DNA of 62,990 bases, counting the filler, from Octopus bimaculoides (Eukaryota), in assembly GCF_001194135.2 (NCBI RefSeq). It is 4 parts of 4 records of this genome, joined end to end, with 100 filler letters (N's around TTAATTAATTAA, not from the genome) between each part and the next. Parts side by side here need not be neighbours in the genome. Positions count along the whole stretch, not along the records: positions 17,108 to 43,392 come from NC_068989.1; 3 more parts are not named here. One strand, 5' to 3'. The notes below the pieces were generated by a model. It did no database searches. It was not told the origin of the DNA and saw only the letters and a program-made list of their open reading frames with translations. The stretch's first letter is position 1, and every line of letters begins with the position of its first letter. Both the position numbers and the translations under genes were made by a program. Below, in pieces: positions 25,275 through 38,007 of this stretch.

Positions 25275-27221
25275 TTACCAAAAAAATATGTATTATGAAG
25301 AAAGTTATGAACAAACAAAATTCGAAGAGGGGGCACCAAAGTACACTTATGTGAAATGTTAACTACTTTCGTCGTCACTGGCTTTCAGAAAAAAAAATTC
25401 AGCTGTTGGAAATTTGTATCTAACGATGTTCATAAACTCCGATGTAAAATAATTAACAATAAATATAGTATTAACAACTCAAGTAAAACGGCTCTGACAT
25501 TCAAAAAATAGACTGCAAACTTCAGTTTATTCAGAACTTATCCTCTACTTAACCTTACTTCCAACAGATAAAATTATTGCCGTCAAAACAATAAAGGCGA
25601 GCCAATGAGAGGGCCTCATCTACGAAGTAAAGCGATCTGCTAGAAATAGCAGCCAAATCTTCAAGTTACACCCAATCATCTTTTTAAAATGTTATTGTAC
25701 TACTTTATATACAAAAGAGATGTTTACAACTCGATCAGAGCTACGATACATTAATCGTCATCGAGAAAAATGACAATACAGAAGGATGTAGTAAAAAAAA
25801 TCTGAGATCTAAGACTAGGGTTATAGTAATTAATTAGCGTACTTGTTGGCGCGACGTAAGTCAGCTTTGCAAATCAGACACAGCGTTCGATAAGCATTAC
25901 AACTGCTGGTCATCCAGTTATGTGTGATGAATCTAAATTTTTAATAGCATTTGTAGAAAAGTTGTCAAAATACTGTGGAGTGGAGGACAGATAGAAAAAA
26001 AAATGAATGAATGCGGTAAAACTGTCCCTTACAGTCCAATGGAGTCAAACCGAAGCTAGAAGAAAATACCAAATAAATATGATGTGCGCACCAGAGCACA
26101 TTACTGCTTTCTGTAAGGAGCGAATAGAGTTGAGTTGATTAAATTGATTCGATATTGATACAGCTGTTTGTTTTATCGATCTTGGTTGGATGAAAAGCTA
26201 AGTTAAACCTCTAAGGAATTTGAAATCAAAACAGTGAAGTACCGAACTAGTCGGCTCTTTATACAATTTGGCGTCATGACCATTCTACTGTCTATAAATC
26301 AATAGGCACTTGCATGCATACAAAGGAACGAATCGATACTCTCTCTCTTTATAACACACACACACACGTATGCATGTAGTTAGTTAATCAAAGCAGAAAT
26401 CAAAAGATCTGATTTGAACGCAGAAATATGAGGCATGAAAGCATAGCTATATGTTCCACTGTTTGAACTCACTTCTGAAGTTGAAGCAAATAACAATATC
26501 TGGTTCTTCTTACATAAAACAATGTTGGTGGGGTTGCACCTAGTTAGAGATGGGGAAATTATCATCCAAGTCTCTTTATTCATCAAGTGATATCGTTGGT
26601 CGAAAGAGTATTATTACTTATCGACTGCAAATGGATTTGAACACAGGATTTAGATGAACAAAATTTAATAATCTTAATATATTTAATCCGCCACTTTATC
26701 GTTTTAGTAGTTTTCTGCATCAATATTTCTTTTGATGTAAACTACGAAGAAATAATAAAATGGATAAGTTTTCCATGCATTTCTCGTGTGTATTAAACTG
26801 GAGTGAAAAACAAACCGATCAGGATGTTTCGATATGCCGAATGACAATAAAAGTTGTACGTTTTGTTATTGTTGATAAGAGATTCAATCATTAAACATGT
26901 CCAAGAGGATAGATGTTATTATAGACATCGACAGATAGGTGATTGTAACCGAAGAATGTTTGGTTATTACAGAACAAACAAGTGCGAAGAAGTCAATTTC
27001 GGATTGGAGCAGACGAAATAAATATACACAGAAATACGTGTTAAAAGTGCGCAAGATGCAACTTAATTCAGTTATTGATAAATTCCAAGTGCACATCTGT
27101 TTATGTACAAGAATATATATAAACATATAAACAGATAGAGGGAGAACCATTCAAAATATAACTTGATTATGGATAGCATACAAATATATATATACTGTAC
27201 ACTTCAGATATTATACAATAA

Positions 27222-27613
27222 GGCGCAGGAGTGGCTGTGTGGTAAGTAGCTTGCTTACCAACCACATGGTCCCGGGTTCAGTCCCACTGCTTGGTACCTT
27301 GGGCAAATGTCTTCTACTATAGCCTCGGGCCGACCAATGCTTTGTGAGTGGATTTGGTAGACGGAAACTGAAAGAAGCCCGTCGTATATATATATATATA
27401 TATATATATATAAGTGTTTGTCTGTGTTTGTTCCTCCCACCATCGCTTGACAACTGATGCTGGTGTGTTTACGTCCCCGTAACTTAGCGGTTCGGCAAAA
27501 AGAGACCGATAGAAGTACTAGGCTTACAAAGAATAAGTCCTGGGGTCGATTTGCTCGACTAAAGGCGGTGCTCCAGCATGGCCGCAGTCAAAAGACTGAA
27601 ACAAGTAAAAGAG
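27222..27613 (+). mobile_element. Full-length octopus-type tRNA-derived SINE
   Basis: A box tggctgtgtggtaag, B-box-like gggttcagtccc, ccttgggcaa core, internal (TA)n, family tail. Confidence 0.9.
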
Positions 27614-27926
27614 TGTGTGTGTGTGTGTGTGTGGAGCAATTTTTTAAAACTTGCGACAACTTTCTAGGATGGAACAATTCTAAAGTGCCGTCAGTCAACT
27701 ACAAAAATTAGTCTTCGCCCCTGCACGACGGGAATAAGGGGTAGCTTCATTTATCCTAGTGTTCTTAATCCCGCCAAGGTGAACTTAGCCTTTCACTCTT
27801 CAGTGAAGTCGGTCAAATAGGTACAAAGTTATTTTATCAATTATATGCATCGCCTAAGATTTGAGACTGTTGTGCCTATGAAAATCAGCGCTGTAACTAT
27901 ATTTTTATTTAGTTACAAATCAGCCT

Positions 27927-28042
27927 GTCTGGGTACATGGGGAATAACACATATCTTAAGAAATTATTATTTCTTATATTTTAATTGTTTATGTTATGAT
28001 TTTATTTACTCCATGTACCCAGACTCTGTGCACACCCTGTAG
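27927..28042. mobile_element. Tc1/mariner-type MITE, one TIR truncated
   Basis: Reverse-oriented copy of 22628-22754. Confidence 0.85.
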
Positions 28043-29743
28043 ACCACTGACCAACATGTTCCTGTCGTAACCATCTCGACTTTTATCAGACATTACTCGC
28101 CACATTATTTTGTATTTCTGTACTATCTACTGGACGATTTAGAGGACACACAAAAGGCCAGCTTATTTGGCAATTTAGGAATAAATTGCAGACTTCGTTT
28201 TCCCACGGATCCGAATCCATAGATCCCGATCCGAAAATCGCCTGATCTTTCACCAGAAGCTTCTCTTATACTTTTGTGTGGTATTTTAAAATAGCTGTCC
28301 TTCGAAGTCCCGTATTTTATGGGAAAGAAAAATCGTAAGAAAGAGGATGAGGAAAATATACCCGTTTTTCTGAAAGTTATAAGGAAATAAAATCGACTTT
28401 GGTGAATTATCCGAAACTTCCTTCCTCGCTCCGAATTTTTTTTCCACCTTAAATTCCGACATAATTGGAATCTAGATTATCTGAAATAAGTTTCTATTTT
28501 GTAGAAAAGTTCAAAAAAAAAAAAATATCCATTTATCCGAGAATTATAGGGGAGGGCACATTTGTGTTGGTATACCAAAAGAACTTTTTCCCCCCCTTTC
28601 TCCGTGAGGTAAAGAACTTCTAGAAACAGCTATTCCAAAACTCCACCAACTTTCGTTGGCATTTCCCTTCAACCTTTTAACTTTCAGTTTGTCTCGGATA
28701 AACTATTAATTTGTTTCGTAGATTTGCTGGCTCATAACATGAAAGTACCTTGATTTGCAGTAACAGATTTGTTTTGTGGTCGAGTGCCGGGCATCCTCCA
28801 TGCAAAACATATTTTTTACATTTTCGAAGTTATTACTACTCGATTATTTAAAACTTATTTTTACAATTTTTCATTTAAAAAACTGAAAAGAAAGCTAAAA
28901 CTAAAACAGTATATATATTATACTCCTGGACAACCTTTTTTGGCTTAATGTAAGCTTTTAAAAAACGGAAAGTTTTCAAAACTATTTGTTGCTAAATTCT
29001 TAATAATAAAAGTATTTATGAGTGGAACTGATTTTTCTCTATTTGACATCAATAAAAATATTAATTAAATAATATACCTGCAAACGGAGCCCCTAAGCGA
29101 GTCGATTTACAAATTTAATATCAGAGACTTGCTAGAAATTGCAGTCAAAATCCCTTACACTCGTTTTAGATCCTAATTTATAAATAATCTGGTACAATCA
29201 CAACTCCATGTTTTACACAATTAAATGGTACACAAATGAACAAAATTAATTCTTAATTGCAACAAAAATATTCCAAACAAGCTGGCTGCAGAAGAATAAT
29301 CAAGACTAAAATAATTAGACAGCCAAACAATGTAAATAGTTTGACAAAGTGAAAGCAACACATTAAACATAAAAATGACCAGGATGTGGAAATTTGTGTT
29401 TACATATATTTATACAAAGTGCAGAGTAGGTGTGAGAGGAAGTGAACTTGTGTAAAATGTAACTTGATTTACGAGATAAATAAATAAAAAAGTGCGTGCG
29501 GCGAGTTAGGTTTAAATGGAAAAAAAAAACTAAGTGAAACAAAGTTTTAAAAAGACATATAGGCATGTAGAAATACAAATATAACAAAAGAAAATAAATA
29601 AAGGAGAAAAATATATTACGATTAAGAAAACTTTTAGTGAAGTAAAAACAGTTCTAGAGAAAGATTATTAAGTATTTTGCACTAGAACAAGGACCAGACA
29701 TGCAGGAGGAAAAGGTGGCCGGAATTTCACAGCAGTAACATCC

Positions 29744-30367
29744 TCATTCTTTATCGATCTGGTTGGAAGGGTGACTTATTTTGAAAGCTTCCAGTTGTAA
29801 CAGATCCGTGTTGATACGACTAATCACGGGAAAAGACTCCATGTTTACACTGTAACGTTCAGCATTGTAAACCTGTGGTACTAAGCATAAATCGGCCAGA
29901 GTAATTTCATCACCTACGCAGTATTTACCAGCAGACTGTTTTAGCAGATTCTCGAGGGCATGAAAGCCTCTCTCGATCCAATAGAGGGACCATTCCATTT
30001 TTTTGTCACCGAGTTTCTGAAGAGTGCCCACATTCTGTAGCGGTTGGATACCCGACACAATGCATTCACAGATCTCGCGGACAACAGCTTTCTTAGCAGG
30101 ACACTTAGGGAGCAGCGCAGGTTCGGGTCTGGTATCATTTAGGTATTCCATTATTGCCATCGATTGGGTTAGCGTTATTCCGTCGATCACCAAAGCTGGG
30201 ACTTGTTCCATCGGATTCGTTTTTTTGTACTCATCACTGTGTTGCTGCCCACCATCTTTCACAAGGTGAACAGCTTTATATTCGTAAGGAATATTCTTCA
30301 GAGCTAATGCAATCCTCACACGCCAGGAGCAGGAACTGCGCCAGTACGAATACAATATTGTGGTCAT
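29744..30367 (-). CDS. GSTZ1: Glutathione S-transferase zeta / maleylacetoacetate isomerase, single coding exon, 207 aa
   Basis: Uninterrupted ORF with the zeta-class signature YSYWRSSCSWRVRIAL, plus NPMEQVPAL, TQSMAIMEYL, GIQPLQN and TLADLCLVPQVYNAER. Confidence 0.97.
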   Translation of the reverse strand: MTTILYSYWRSSCSWRVRIALALKNIPYEYKAVHLVKDGGQQHSDEYKKTNPMEQVPALVIDGITLTQSMAIMEYLNDTRPEPALLPKCPAKKAVVREICECIVSGIQPLQNVGTLQKLGDKKMEWSLYWIERGFHALENLLKQSAGKYCVGDEITLADLCLVPQVYNAERYSVNMESFPVISRINTDLLQLEAFKISHPSNQIDKE

Positions 30368-30490
30368 TTTTATAGGAAAAGAAATTTGCTAGAGAATAGT
30401 CAGTCACTTAATATTAATATCTACTAGCGAAAATGACAAAACCAGGACAAGTTAAGCTCGATGCGGTGATTTCGTTACTCCACCAAAAAG

Positions 30491-30530
30491 TCATGTAACT
30501 GAAGCCACGTGGGTGACTTATAAATAGATG
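30491..30530 (-). promoter_or_regulatory. Putative GSTZ1 core promoter
   Basis: On the minus strand: TATTTATAA (30526-30518), E-box CACGTG, then Inr-like TCAGTT (A at 30500), about 130 nt upstream of the ATG. Confidence 0.4.
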
Positions 30531-31049
30531 TATGGAGGATCAAAAGAGATGTATATTCGTCTGGTTCCTGTTCGCGTTTCTTTACAATACTGGTGTTTAA
30601 TACATGAAATGCGTCAATTCAGATGGGCTGAAACACAGTACACACACATATACAAAAGCATATGTGTGTGTGTAATATACATACATACATACATACATAT
30701 ATATATATNNNNNNNNNNNNNNNNNNNNNNNNNNNNNNNNNNNNNNNNNNNNNNNNNNNNNNNNNNNNNNNNNNNNNNNNNNNNNNNNNNNNNNNNNNNN
30801 NNNNNNNNNNNNNNNNNNNNNNNNNNNNNNNNNNNNNNNNNNNNNNNNNNNNNNNNNNNNNNNNNNNNNNNNNNNNNNNNNNNNNNNNNNNNNNNNNNNN
30901 NNNNNNNNNNNNNNNNNNNNNNNNNNNNNNNNNNNNNNNNNNNNNCTGTGTAGTAAGAAGCTTGCTTCTCAACCACATGGTTCCAGGTTCAGTCCTACTG
31001 CGTGGATTTGGTAGACAGAAAATGAAAGAAGCCCGTCATATATATATAT

Positions 31050-31610
31050 CATCATCATCATCGTCGTTTAACGTCCGCTTTTCCATACTGGCATGGGTTG
31101 GACGGTTTGACTGAGGACTGGCAAGCCAGGAAGCTGCACCTGGCTCTAGTCTGATCTGGGAAAGTTTCTACAGCTGGATGCCCTTCCTAATGCCAACCAC
31201 TCCGAGAGTGTAGTGGGTGCTTTTTATGTGTCACTGTTATAGGAGCCAGTCAGGTGACACTGGCAACAACCATGCTCAAATGGTGCTTTTTACATGCCAC
31301 CAGCATGGAACCAGTCAGGTGGCACCGGCATCGACCACATTTGTATGGTGCTTTTTACGTGTCACCAGCATGGGAGCCAGCCTGGCGGTACTAGCCACAA
31401 CAATGATTTCACTTGACTCAAGATGTCTCCTCAAGCACAGCATATTTTCCAGTGATTGAAGGGTACTCTTAAATGGGCCAGTTACGCAACACTGGCATAG
31501 GCCACAGCTACGATCTCACTTGGCTTGCCGGGCCGTCTCAAGCACAGCATATCTCCAAAGGTCTCAGTCGCTTGTCACTGCCTCTGTGAGGCCCAACATT
31601 CATCAGTCAT
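31050..31610 (-). mobile_element. RTE-tailed SINE with expanded internal ~60-bp tandem repeats
   Basis: ggtgctttttacgtg.cacc..ca...gccagtcagg.ggcac.ggca unit repeated three to four times. Confidence 0.8.
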
Positions 31611-31661
31611 GCTTCATCACCTCAATTATAGACAGATACATACAATATATAGATAGGCATA

Positions 31662-32048
31662 GGCGCAGGAATGGCTGTGTGGTAAGTAACTTGCTTACCA
31701 ACCACATGGTTCTGGGTTCAGTCCCACTGCCTGGCACCTTGAGCAAGTGTTTTCTACTATAGCCTTGGGCCGACCAAAGCCTTGTGAGTGGATTTGGTAG
31801 ACGGAAACTGAAAGAAGCCCGTCGTATATATGTATATATATATATATATGTATGTGTGTGTATATGTTTGTGTGTCTGTGTTTGTCCCCCAAACATCGCT
31901 TGACAACCGATGCTGATGTGCTTATGTCCCCGTAACATTAGCGGTTTGGCAAAAGAGACCGATAGAATAAGTACTAGGCTTACAAAGAATAAGTCCTAGG
32001 GTCAATTTACTCGACTAAAGGTGGTGCTTCAGCATGGCTGCAGTCAAA
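31662..32048 (+). mobile_element. Full-length octopus-type tRNA-derived SINE
   Basis: Same family as 27222-27613. Confidence 0.9.
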
Positions 32049-32072
32049 ATATATATATATATATATACATGT

Positions 32073-32230
32073 ATACGACGAGCTTCTTTTAGTTTCCGTC
32101 TACCAAATCCACTCACAAGGCTTTGGTTGGCCCAAGGCTATAGTAGAAGACACTTGCCCGAGGTCCCATGCAGTGGGACTGAACCGGGAACCATGCAGTT
32201 TGTAAGCAACCTACTTACCACACAGCCACA
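32073..32230 (-). mobile_element. SINE 5' half, inverted relative to 31662-32048
   Basis: Reverse complement of the head region. Further minus-strand heads at about 32640-32760, 33930-34080, 37800-37970 and 40650-40800. Confidence 0.85.
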
Positions 32231-34189
32231 TTGCCATATAGCCTGACATGCATGCATTGGTGACAAAGAGCAGGGAAAGGTGTTTGGGGAAAAATGGAAA
32301 AGTCTTTTGCATTTCAAGCCTATGCTCTTCAGCAGAAAGGATTAAGAGGGAAAAAAATGGAGAGAGAATGAAAAAAACGGAGAGATTAGCAAACAGGTAA
32401 CAATTTTAGAAAAGAGTAAGTTAAATACATCAACGCCAATGGTCAACAGGTACTTATTTTAACAACCCCCAAAATTTGAAAGCAAATTCTTCATCAGCTA
32501 CGTTTGAACTCAGGATGTAATGAGTCAGAAAAAAATAGTGCAAAACTGTTTTGTTTGATGCGTCAACATTTCTGCAAGCTTACTATCTCAGATCACTTTT
32601 ATAACAGGAACATTTACAATCAGTTAATGATGTCAAGAAAACCCAGGGTTAGCCCAAGGTTCTAGTAGAAAACATTTGCCTAAGGTGCTGCACAGTGGGA
32701 CTGAACTCAAAACCACATGGTTGCAAACTTTGCTTCTTAATAACACCGGCATACCTTAGCCTATACTGTTCATGTAATATGCTACACCTATAGTCTGTGC
32801 TAATTTAAATCTTGTCTAGGTCAGCTGTCAATTGTGTCAAGAAACAGCAAAACATACTCTTTGATAAAGATTCACTTTTGGTGTAAAGTGTGGTCAGGTT
32901 ATATACAAATTCTTTATTATAATTTGATAATTTTATACAGTACAGGAGAACATTTTATATTAAAGCTTCTTTTTTTATATTAATAACAATAAAAATGGCC
33001 TGTAGGCGAATTTTTTTAATGATTATTAATATAAAATTTAATGGAATTTTGGCAGTAATGGACAAACCTTCCCCATTATCAGTTCATTAAATCGAGGTTC
33101 ACAGTATATGTGTTTTCTCTTTACAACCATGAGAAAAATGCTTTTCAATACATATAGCAGTGAATAATAATTTATTAAAATCTAAGCAGATATCAAACAG
33201 AAGTCAGTCAGAATTTCACAATACTGCTTTGTTGCTCATTGTGCATGATTGACAGTGACAGAAAATTCTAAGTCACAACAAGGGAATATCTCGTACACGT
33301 ATATTCTTTTATTCTGTTATTCTTTTACTTTACATGTTCAACGATGGGGAAGAATTACTTTGCCTTCCTTGTAAACAGATGAGGGTTGGTGACAGCAATG
33401 GTCACTTTGTCACAAAAAACAGTGCCTAGTACACTCTCTTAAGTGGTTAGGATGAAGAGCATCTGACTGTACAAACCAAGCCAAAGTGGACATTAGAATA
33501 TAATGCATATCCTTATACCGCTTTTACTCTTCCTCCCATGGCCAATGCAGAAAACCCAATGAGCAGTAATTAAAACATCTGTTAATTGTTCATGAGTGTT
33601 GTTTATCATTTGGCATGCAGCCAACAACCAAACACAACTACTATAGACCAAGCACTTACGACGTTCACTATTATATAGTATGCAAACTTGAGATGCACAT
33701 ATTAAATCTTCATCATCATTTAACGTCCGTTTTCCATGCTGGCATGGGTTAGAAGGTTAGACTGGAACTGATAAGCCAAAAAGCTATACCAGGCTCCAGT
33801 TGTCTGTTTTGGCTTGGTTTCTACAGCTGGACGTCCTTCCTAAATGCCAACCACTTTACAGCTTCACTTCGTTATTGTGACCACACACACTCACAAACAC
33901 ACACACATACACACACAACACACACACATGTGACAGGCTTCTTTTTCAGTTTTAGCCTACCAAATTTACTTTTAAGTGTTTTTTTCAGTCCAAGTCTACC
34001 GTAGAAGACACTTGCCCAAGGTGCTATGCTGTAGGATTGAACTTAAAACCATGTGGTTGTGAAGCAAATTTCTTATACTTGAGGCTGTTCTTGTAAAAAA
34101 CTGTATTTGCAGATTGAGCAAACCCACCTCCACATTTACTTCAAAAATAAAAATAAAATTTACAAAAACGTAGTTCAGACAAAGAAAAA

Positions 34190-34201
34190 ATTATATACAT
34201 A

Positions 34202-34260
<59 letters not shown>

Positions 34261-34738
34261 GTGTGCGTGTGTATATATGTATATATATTGATCAATGGTG
34301 TATATATTGGGGAAAATATAATATATTCACGATTGATTTTGCTTCAGTGTCTTCACCACGATGATCATAAGGGGAAATAAGGAAACCATTATGCAGTTGC
34401 TTACCTGCTGGCAACAACAGAAGCATTTCACACTTTACTGTCTTTAAAAAGAAAAAAGAAAAAAAGGGATATATTACATAACCAAACCCAAAATAACTCA
34501 TACATACATGCATGTAAATATCATCGTCATCATCATCGTGTAATGTTTGTCTTCCATGCTGGTGTGATATATATATATATACATATAAACAAACATACTT
34601 GCATACACACCCAAACATATATATATATATAATATATACATATATATATGTATATATATATATGCATGTATATATATGAATATATATATATACGTATATA
34701 TATACGTATATATATATATAGAGAGAGAATTAACATTG

Positions 34739-34778
<40 letters not shown>

Positions 34779-34982
34779 ATGTATATATATGAATATATAT
34801 ATATACGTATGTATATATATGAATATATATATACGTATATATATATATGTATATATATGTATATATATGAATATATATGAATATATATATACGTATATAT
34901 ATATATTTATGTAAGTACATGCATACATAGAGAAAGACAGACAAAACACATGCATACACACACACACACATGCACATGTATG

Positions 34983-35017
<35 letters not shown>

Positions 35018-35025
35018 GCACACAG
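34190..35025. repeat. (TA)n-derived compound micro/minisatellite and (CA)n tract
   Basis: Runs of TA with recurrent gaatatat/tacgtat variants. Confidence 0.95.
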
Positions 35026-36019
35026 AGGTATACCTACACTCTAGAGACAAATAAAAAAAAAAAAAAAATTCAGTCAAACAGCTTTTCGTGAAATTAGCAT
35101 ATTAAAGTGTAATAAATATTGCAATTTAAATAAAGTTATTTGCTTAAAACACTGCAATACTTCATTCACATGCTTTAATAGAATTTTTATGACAAAAAAC
35201 ATGGTTTACCAAGTTTCCTGTAGAGTTTATAGGAAGAAAAACNNNNNNNNNNNNNNNNNNNNNNNNNNNNNNNNNNNNNNNNNNNNNNNNNNNNNNNNNN
35301 NNNNNNNNNNNNNNNNNNNNNNNNNNNNNNNNNNNNNNNNNNNNNNNNNNNNNNNNNNNNNNNNNNNNNNNNNNNNNNNNNNNNNNNNNNNNNNNNNNNN
35401 NNNNNNNNNNNNNNNNNNNNNNNNNNNNNNNNNNNNNNNNNNNNNNNNNNNNNNNNNNNNNNNNNNNNNNNNNNNNNNNNNNNNNNNNNNNNNNNNNNNN
35501 NNNNNNNNNNNNNNNNNNNNNNNNNNNNNNNNNNNNNNNNNNNNNNNNNNNNNNNNNNNNNNNNNNNNNNNNNNNNNNNNNNNNNNNNNNNNNNNNNNNN
35601 NNNNNNNNNNNNNNNNNNNNNNNNNNNNNNNNNNNNNNNNNNNNNNNNNNNNNNNNNNNNNNNNNNNNNNNNNNNNNNNNNNNNNNNNNNNNNNNNNNNN
35701 NNNNNNNNNNNNNNNNNNNNNNNNNNNNNNNNNNNNNNNNNNNNNNNNNNNNNNNNNNNNNNNNNNNNNNNNNNNNNNNNNNNNNNNNNNNNNNNNNNNN
35801 NNNNNNNNNNNNNNNNNNNNNNNNNNNNNNNNNNNNNNNNNNNNNNNNNNNNNNNNNNNNNNNNNNNNNNNNNNNNNNNNNNNGACTGATAGAATAAGTA
35901 CTAGGGTCGATTCCTTCGACTAAAAATTCAAGGTGGTGCTCCAGTGTGGCCGCAGTTCAATGACTAAAGCAAGTAAAAGACAGGTTTTGTTCAATCTTGG
36001 GAGGACCCTTAGCTGGCGC

Positions 36020-36345
36020 TCCACCACTTTCGATGATGAGGGTTCTAATTGATCCGATCAATGGAACAGCCTGCTCGTGAAATTGATGTGCAAGTGGCTG
36101 AGCACTCCACAGACACGTGTACCCTTAACACAGTTCTCAGGGAGATTCAGCATGACACAGAATGTGACAAGGCTGGTCCCTTTGAATTACAGGTACAACT
36201 CATTTTTGCCAGCTGAGTGGACTGGTGGTACATGAAATAAAATACCTTGCTCAAGGATATAATGTGACATTGGAAATTGAACTCATGACTTTACAATAAT
36301 GAGTGAATACCTCTAACCACTTAGCCATGCACCTTCACAAGGAAG
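36020..36345 (-). mobile_element. tRNA-derived SINE, second tail type
   Basis: Minus-strand tRNA-like head. The tail matches the plus-strand fragment at about 55375-55570 (gagtgctcagccacttgcac...gagcaggctgttcc.ttgatcggatcaa). Confidence 0.8.
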
Positions 36346-37039
36346 GACCATAATGCCAAGAATAAACATGCACTGGCTTTATTTCACTTCTTTTTTTTAA
36401 TTTTCATACTTTTTAGCCAATTGGTTAACCATTTAATCAGTTGACTAATCAATCATTTGATTATTCATTTGGTCAATTAATCAATCAACTAGGTATGTCA
36501 AAAATCTTTCGTCACCATTTGCCGCCTTGGCAATGTCATGCCCTCTCTACTCCATGTCTGCAACAGGTCTGTCTGTTTGTCTTCTAGTTTACATGTTCTA
36601 TATTCATATTTGTTTGGATATGAGTGACAATGTATGTGATAGAGGGAGAGAGAGAGAAAGAAAGAAAGAGGGAGAGTGAGAGAGGAAAAGAGATTGTACA
36701 CGATGTGTGTATATGTGTTGCAGATACAAATTTGTGTGGCATAGCATGGATTCTGTAAGGGAGAACATGCATGTGTGAAAATGAATGTAGATATGTGTGT
36801 GTGTATGTGTGCACATGTGTGTGTATATACATGTGCATACATTGGTGTATGTGTGTGGAAGATAAGGTTATCTTGAATTGTAAAAAGTATTTAAAATGTC
36901 AAGAAATATATTTTTATGTTTCTTTTAAATGGAAGTGTACAAGAAATCTGTTTTAATGGGGTTTTTGCTGAAATCTTTCTAATTACAAATTGGATTGTTA
37001 GATTAAGCTATGTATATATTTTTATTCTTTTTCTTTTGT

Positions 37040-37210
37040 GTTAGATAAGCCTTCGAAGAAAAAGAAATTCTATGTTGATGTGGATATTAAAAATCAAATT
37101 ACCATTCTTTGTGAAGCAGGCACAGCATATTCTGAAATCCATAAGCTAGTGAAGAATAAAATCATTATTTATCTGCTTACCATAAAGGAAAAACAGAATA
37201 GGCCTATGCT
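37040..37210 (+). mobile_element. Possible pogo/Tigger-type N-terminal HTH remnant
   Basis: KKKKFYVDVDIKNQITILCEAGTAYSEI loosely resembles CENP-B/psq HTH starts. Confidence 0.3.
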
Positions 37211-37339
37211 CAGAGCAAACTGGTTCTACTGCAAAGGAGGAAAGAATATGGTAGGCCTAGAAATACAGCAAGTGCAGAGGAGAGCATCACCATCGCCACC
37301 ACCATCATCAATAAGCATTATTAGTAGAGAAGTTGTTTT

Positions 37340-37800
37340 TCCGTAAGGGAGTTGAGGACCTTCTGTGATTCGTTCAAGATCTCAACAACGTTATTAAAAC
37401 GGTGACCTTTGAGCTGCATTTTCATCTTGTAAAAGATATGGAAGTCTGCAGGTGCTAAATCTGGTTAATACAGCGAGGGCAGAAGCAATACGATGTTGTT
37501 TTTGGTGAGAAACTCCAAGAGTGAGGTCAGTTCGGTGACAGGGTGCAGTTGTCATCGGGAAGAATCCATTTCCTTGTGCTCCACAGATCTGGTCACTTTC
37601 GCTGAACGTCCACCCTCAAATGCTTCAAAATATCACAGTAGGACCCTCAATTGATAGTTTGGCCCTGGGGGGACGAATTCTCGATGCACAATACCACATT
37701 TCCAGGGATGACAGTCATAGCATGTCATCAACATCGCTCATCATCTTCCAAGGATGTTCTTCCTCTTTTGAAGCACCTGTGTCACTCAAAACATTGTGTA
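37340..37800 (-). mobile_element. Mariner transposase C-terminal remnant
   Basis: EFLTKNNIVLL..LY*PDLAPADFHIFYKMKMQLKGHRFNNVVEILNESQKVLNSL, a decayed YSPDLAPxDF motif. Confidence 0.85.
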
Positions 37801-37855
37801 CAACCCATTGCATCAGTTGTCAAGCGATGTTGGGGGGACAAACACAGACACACAA

Positions 37856-37906
<51 letters not shown>

Positions 37907-38007
37907 CGACGGGCTTCTTTCAGTTTCCGTCTACCAAATCCACTCACAAGGCTTTGGTCGGGCCGAAGCTAAAGTAACACTAAGGGTTAAAAATATCATG
38001 GTGACTT

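Noticed and set aside
26380-27150. Short ORFs at 26380-26586, 26884-27150 and 26939-27130
   Set aside because: No recognisable motif and no convincing splice-site pair.
29650-29746. Selenocysteine read-through of the GSTZ1 TGA
   Set aside because: The TGA is at the normal C-terminal position, the downstream frame is not recognisable, and no SECIS was seen.
29744-30367. Possible S-crystallin (GST-derived cephalopod lens protein)
   Set aside because: S-crystallins derive from sigma-class GST; this ORF has the zeta-class SSCSWRVRIAL signature.
34498-35021. YI/HT/CV-rich ORFs here and at 14.3, 14.8, 36.5, 49.6 and 51.1 kb
   Set aside because: Translations of (TA)n, (CA)n, (GA)n, (AAG)n and (CAT)n microsatellites.
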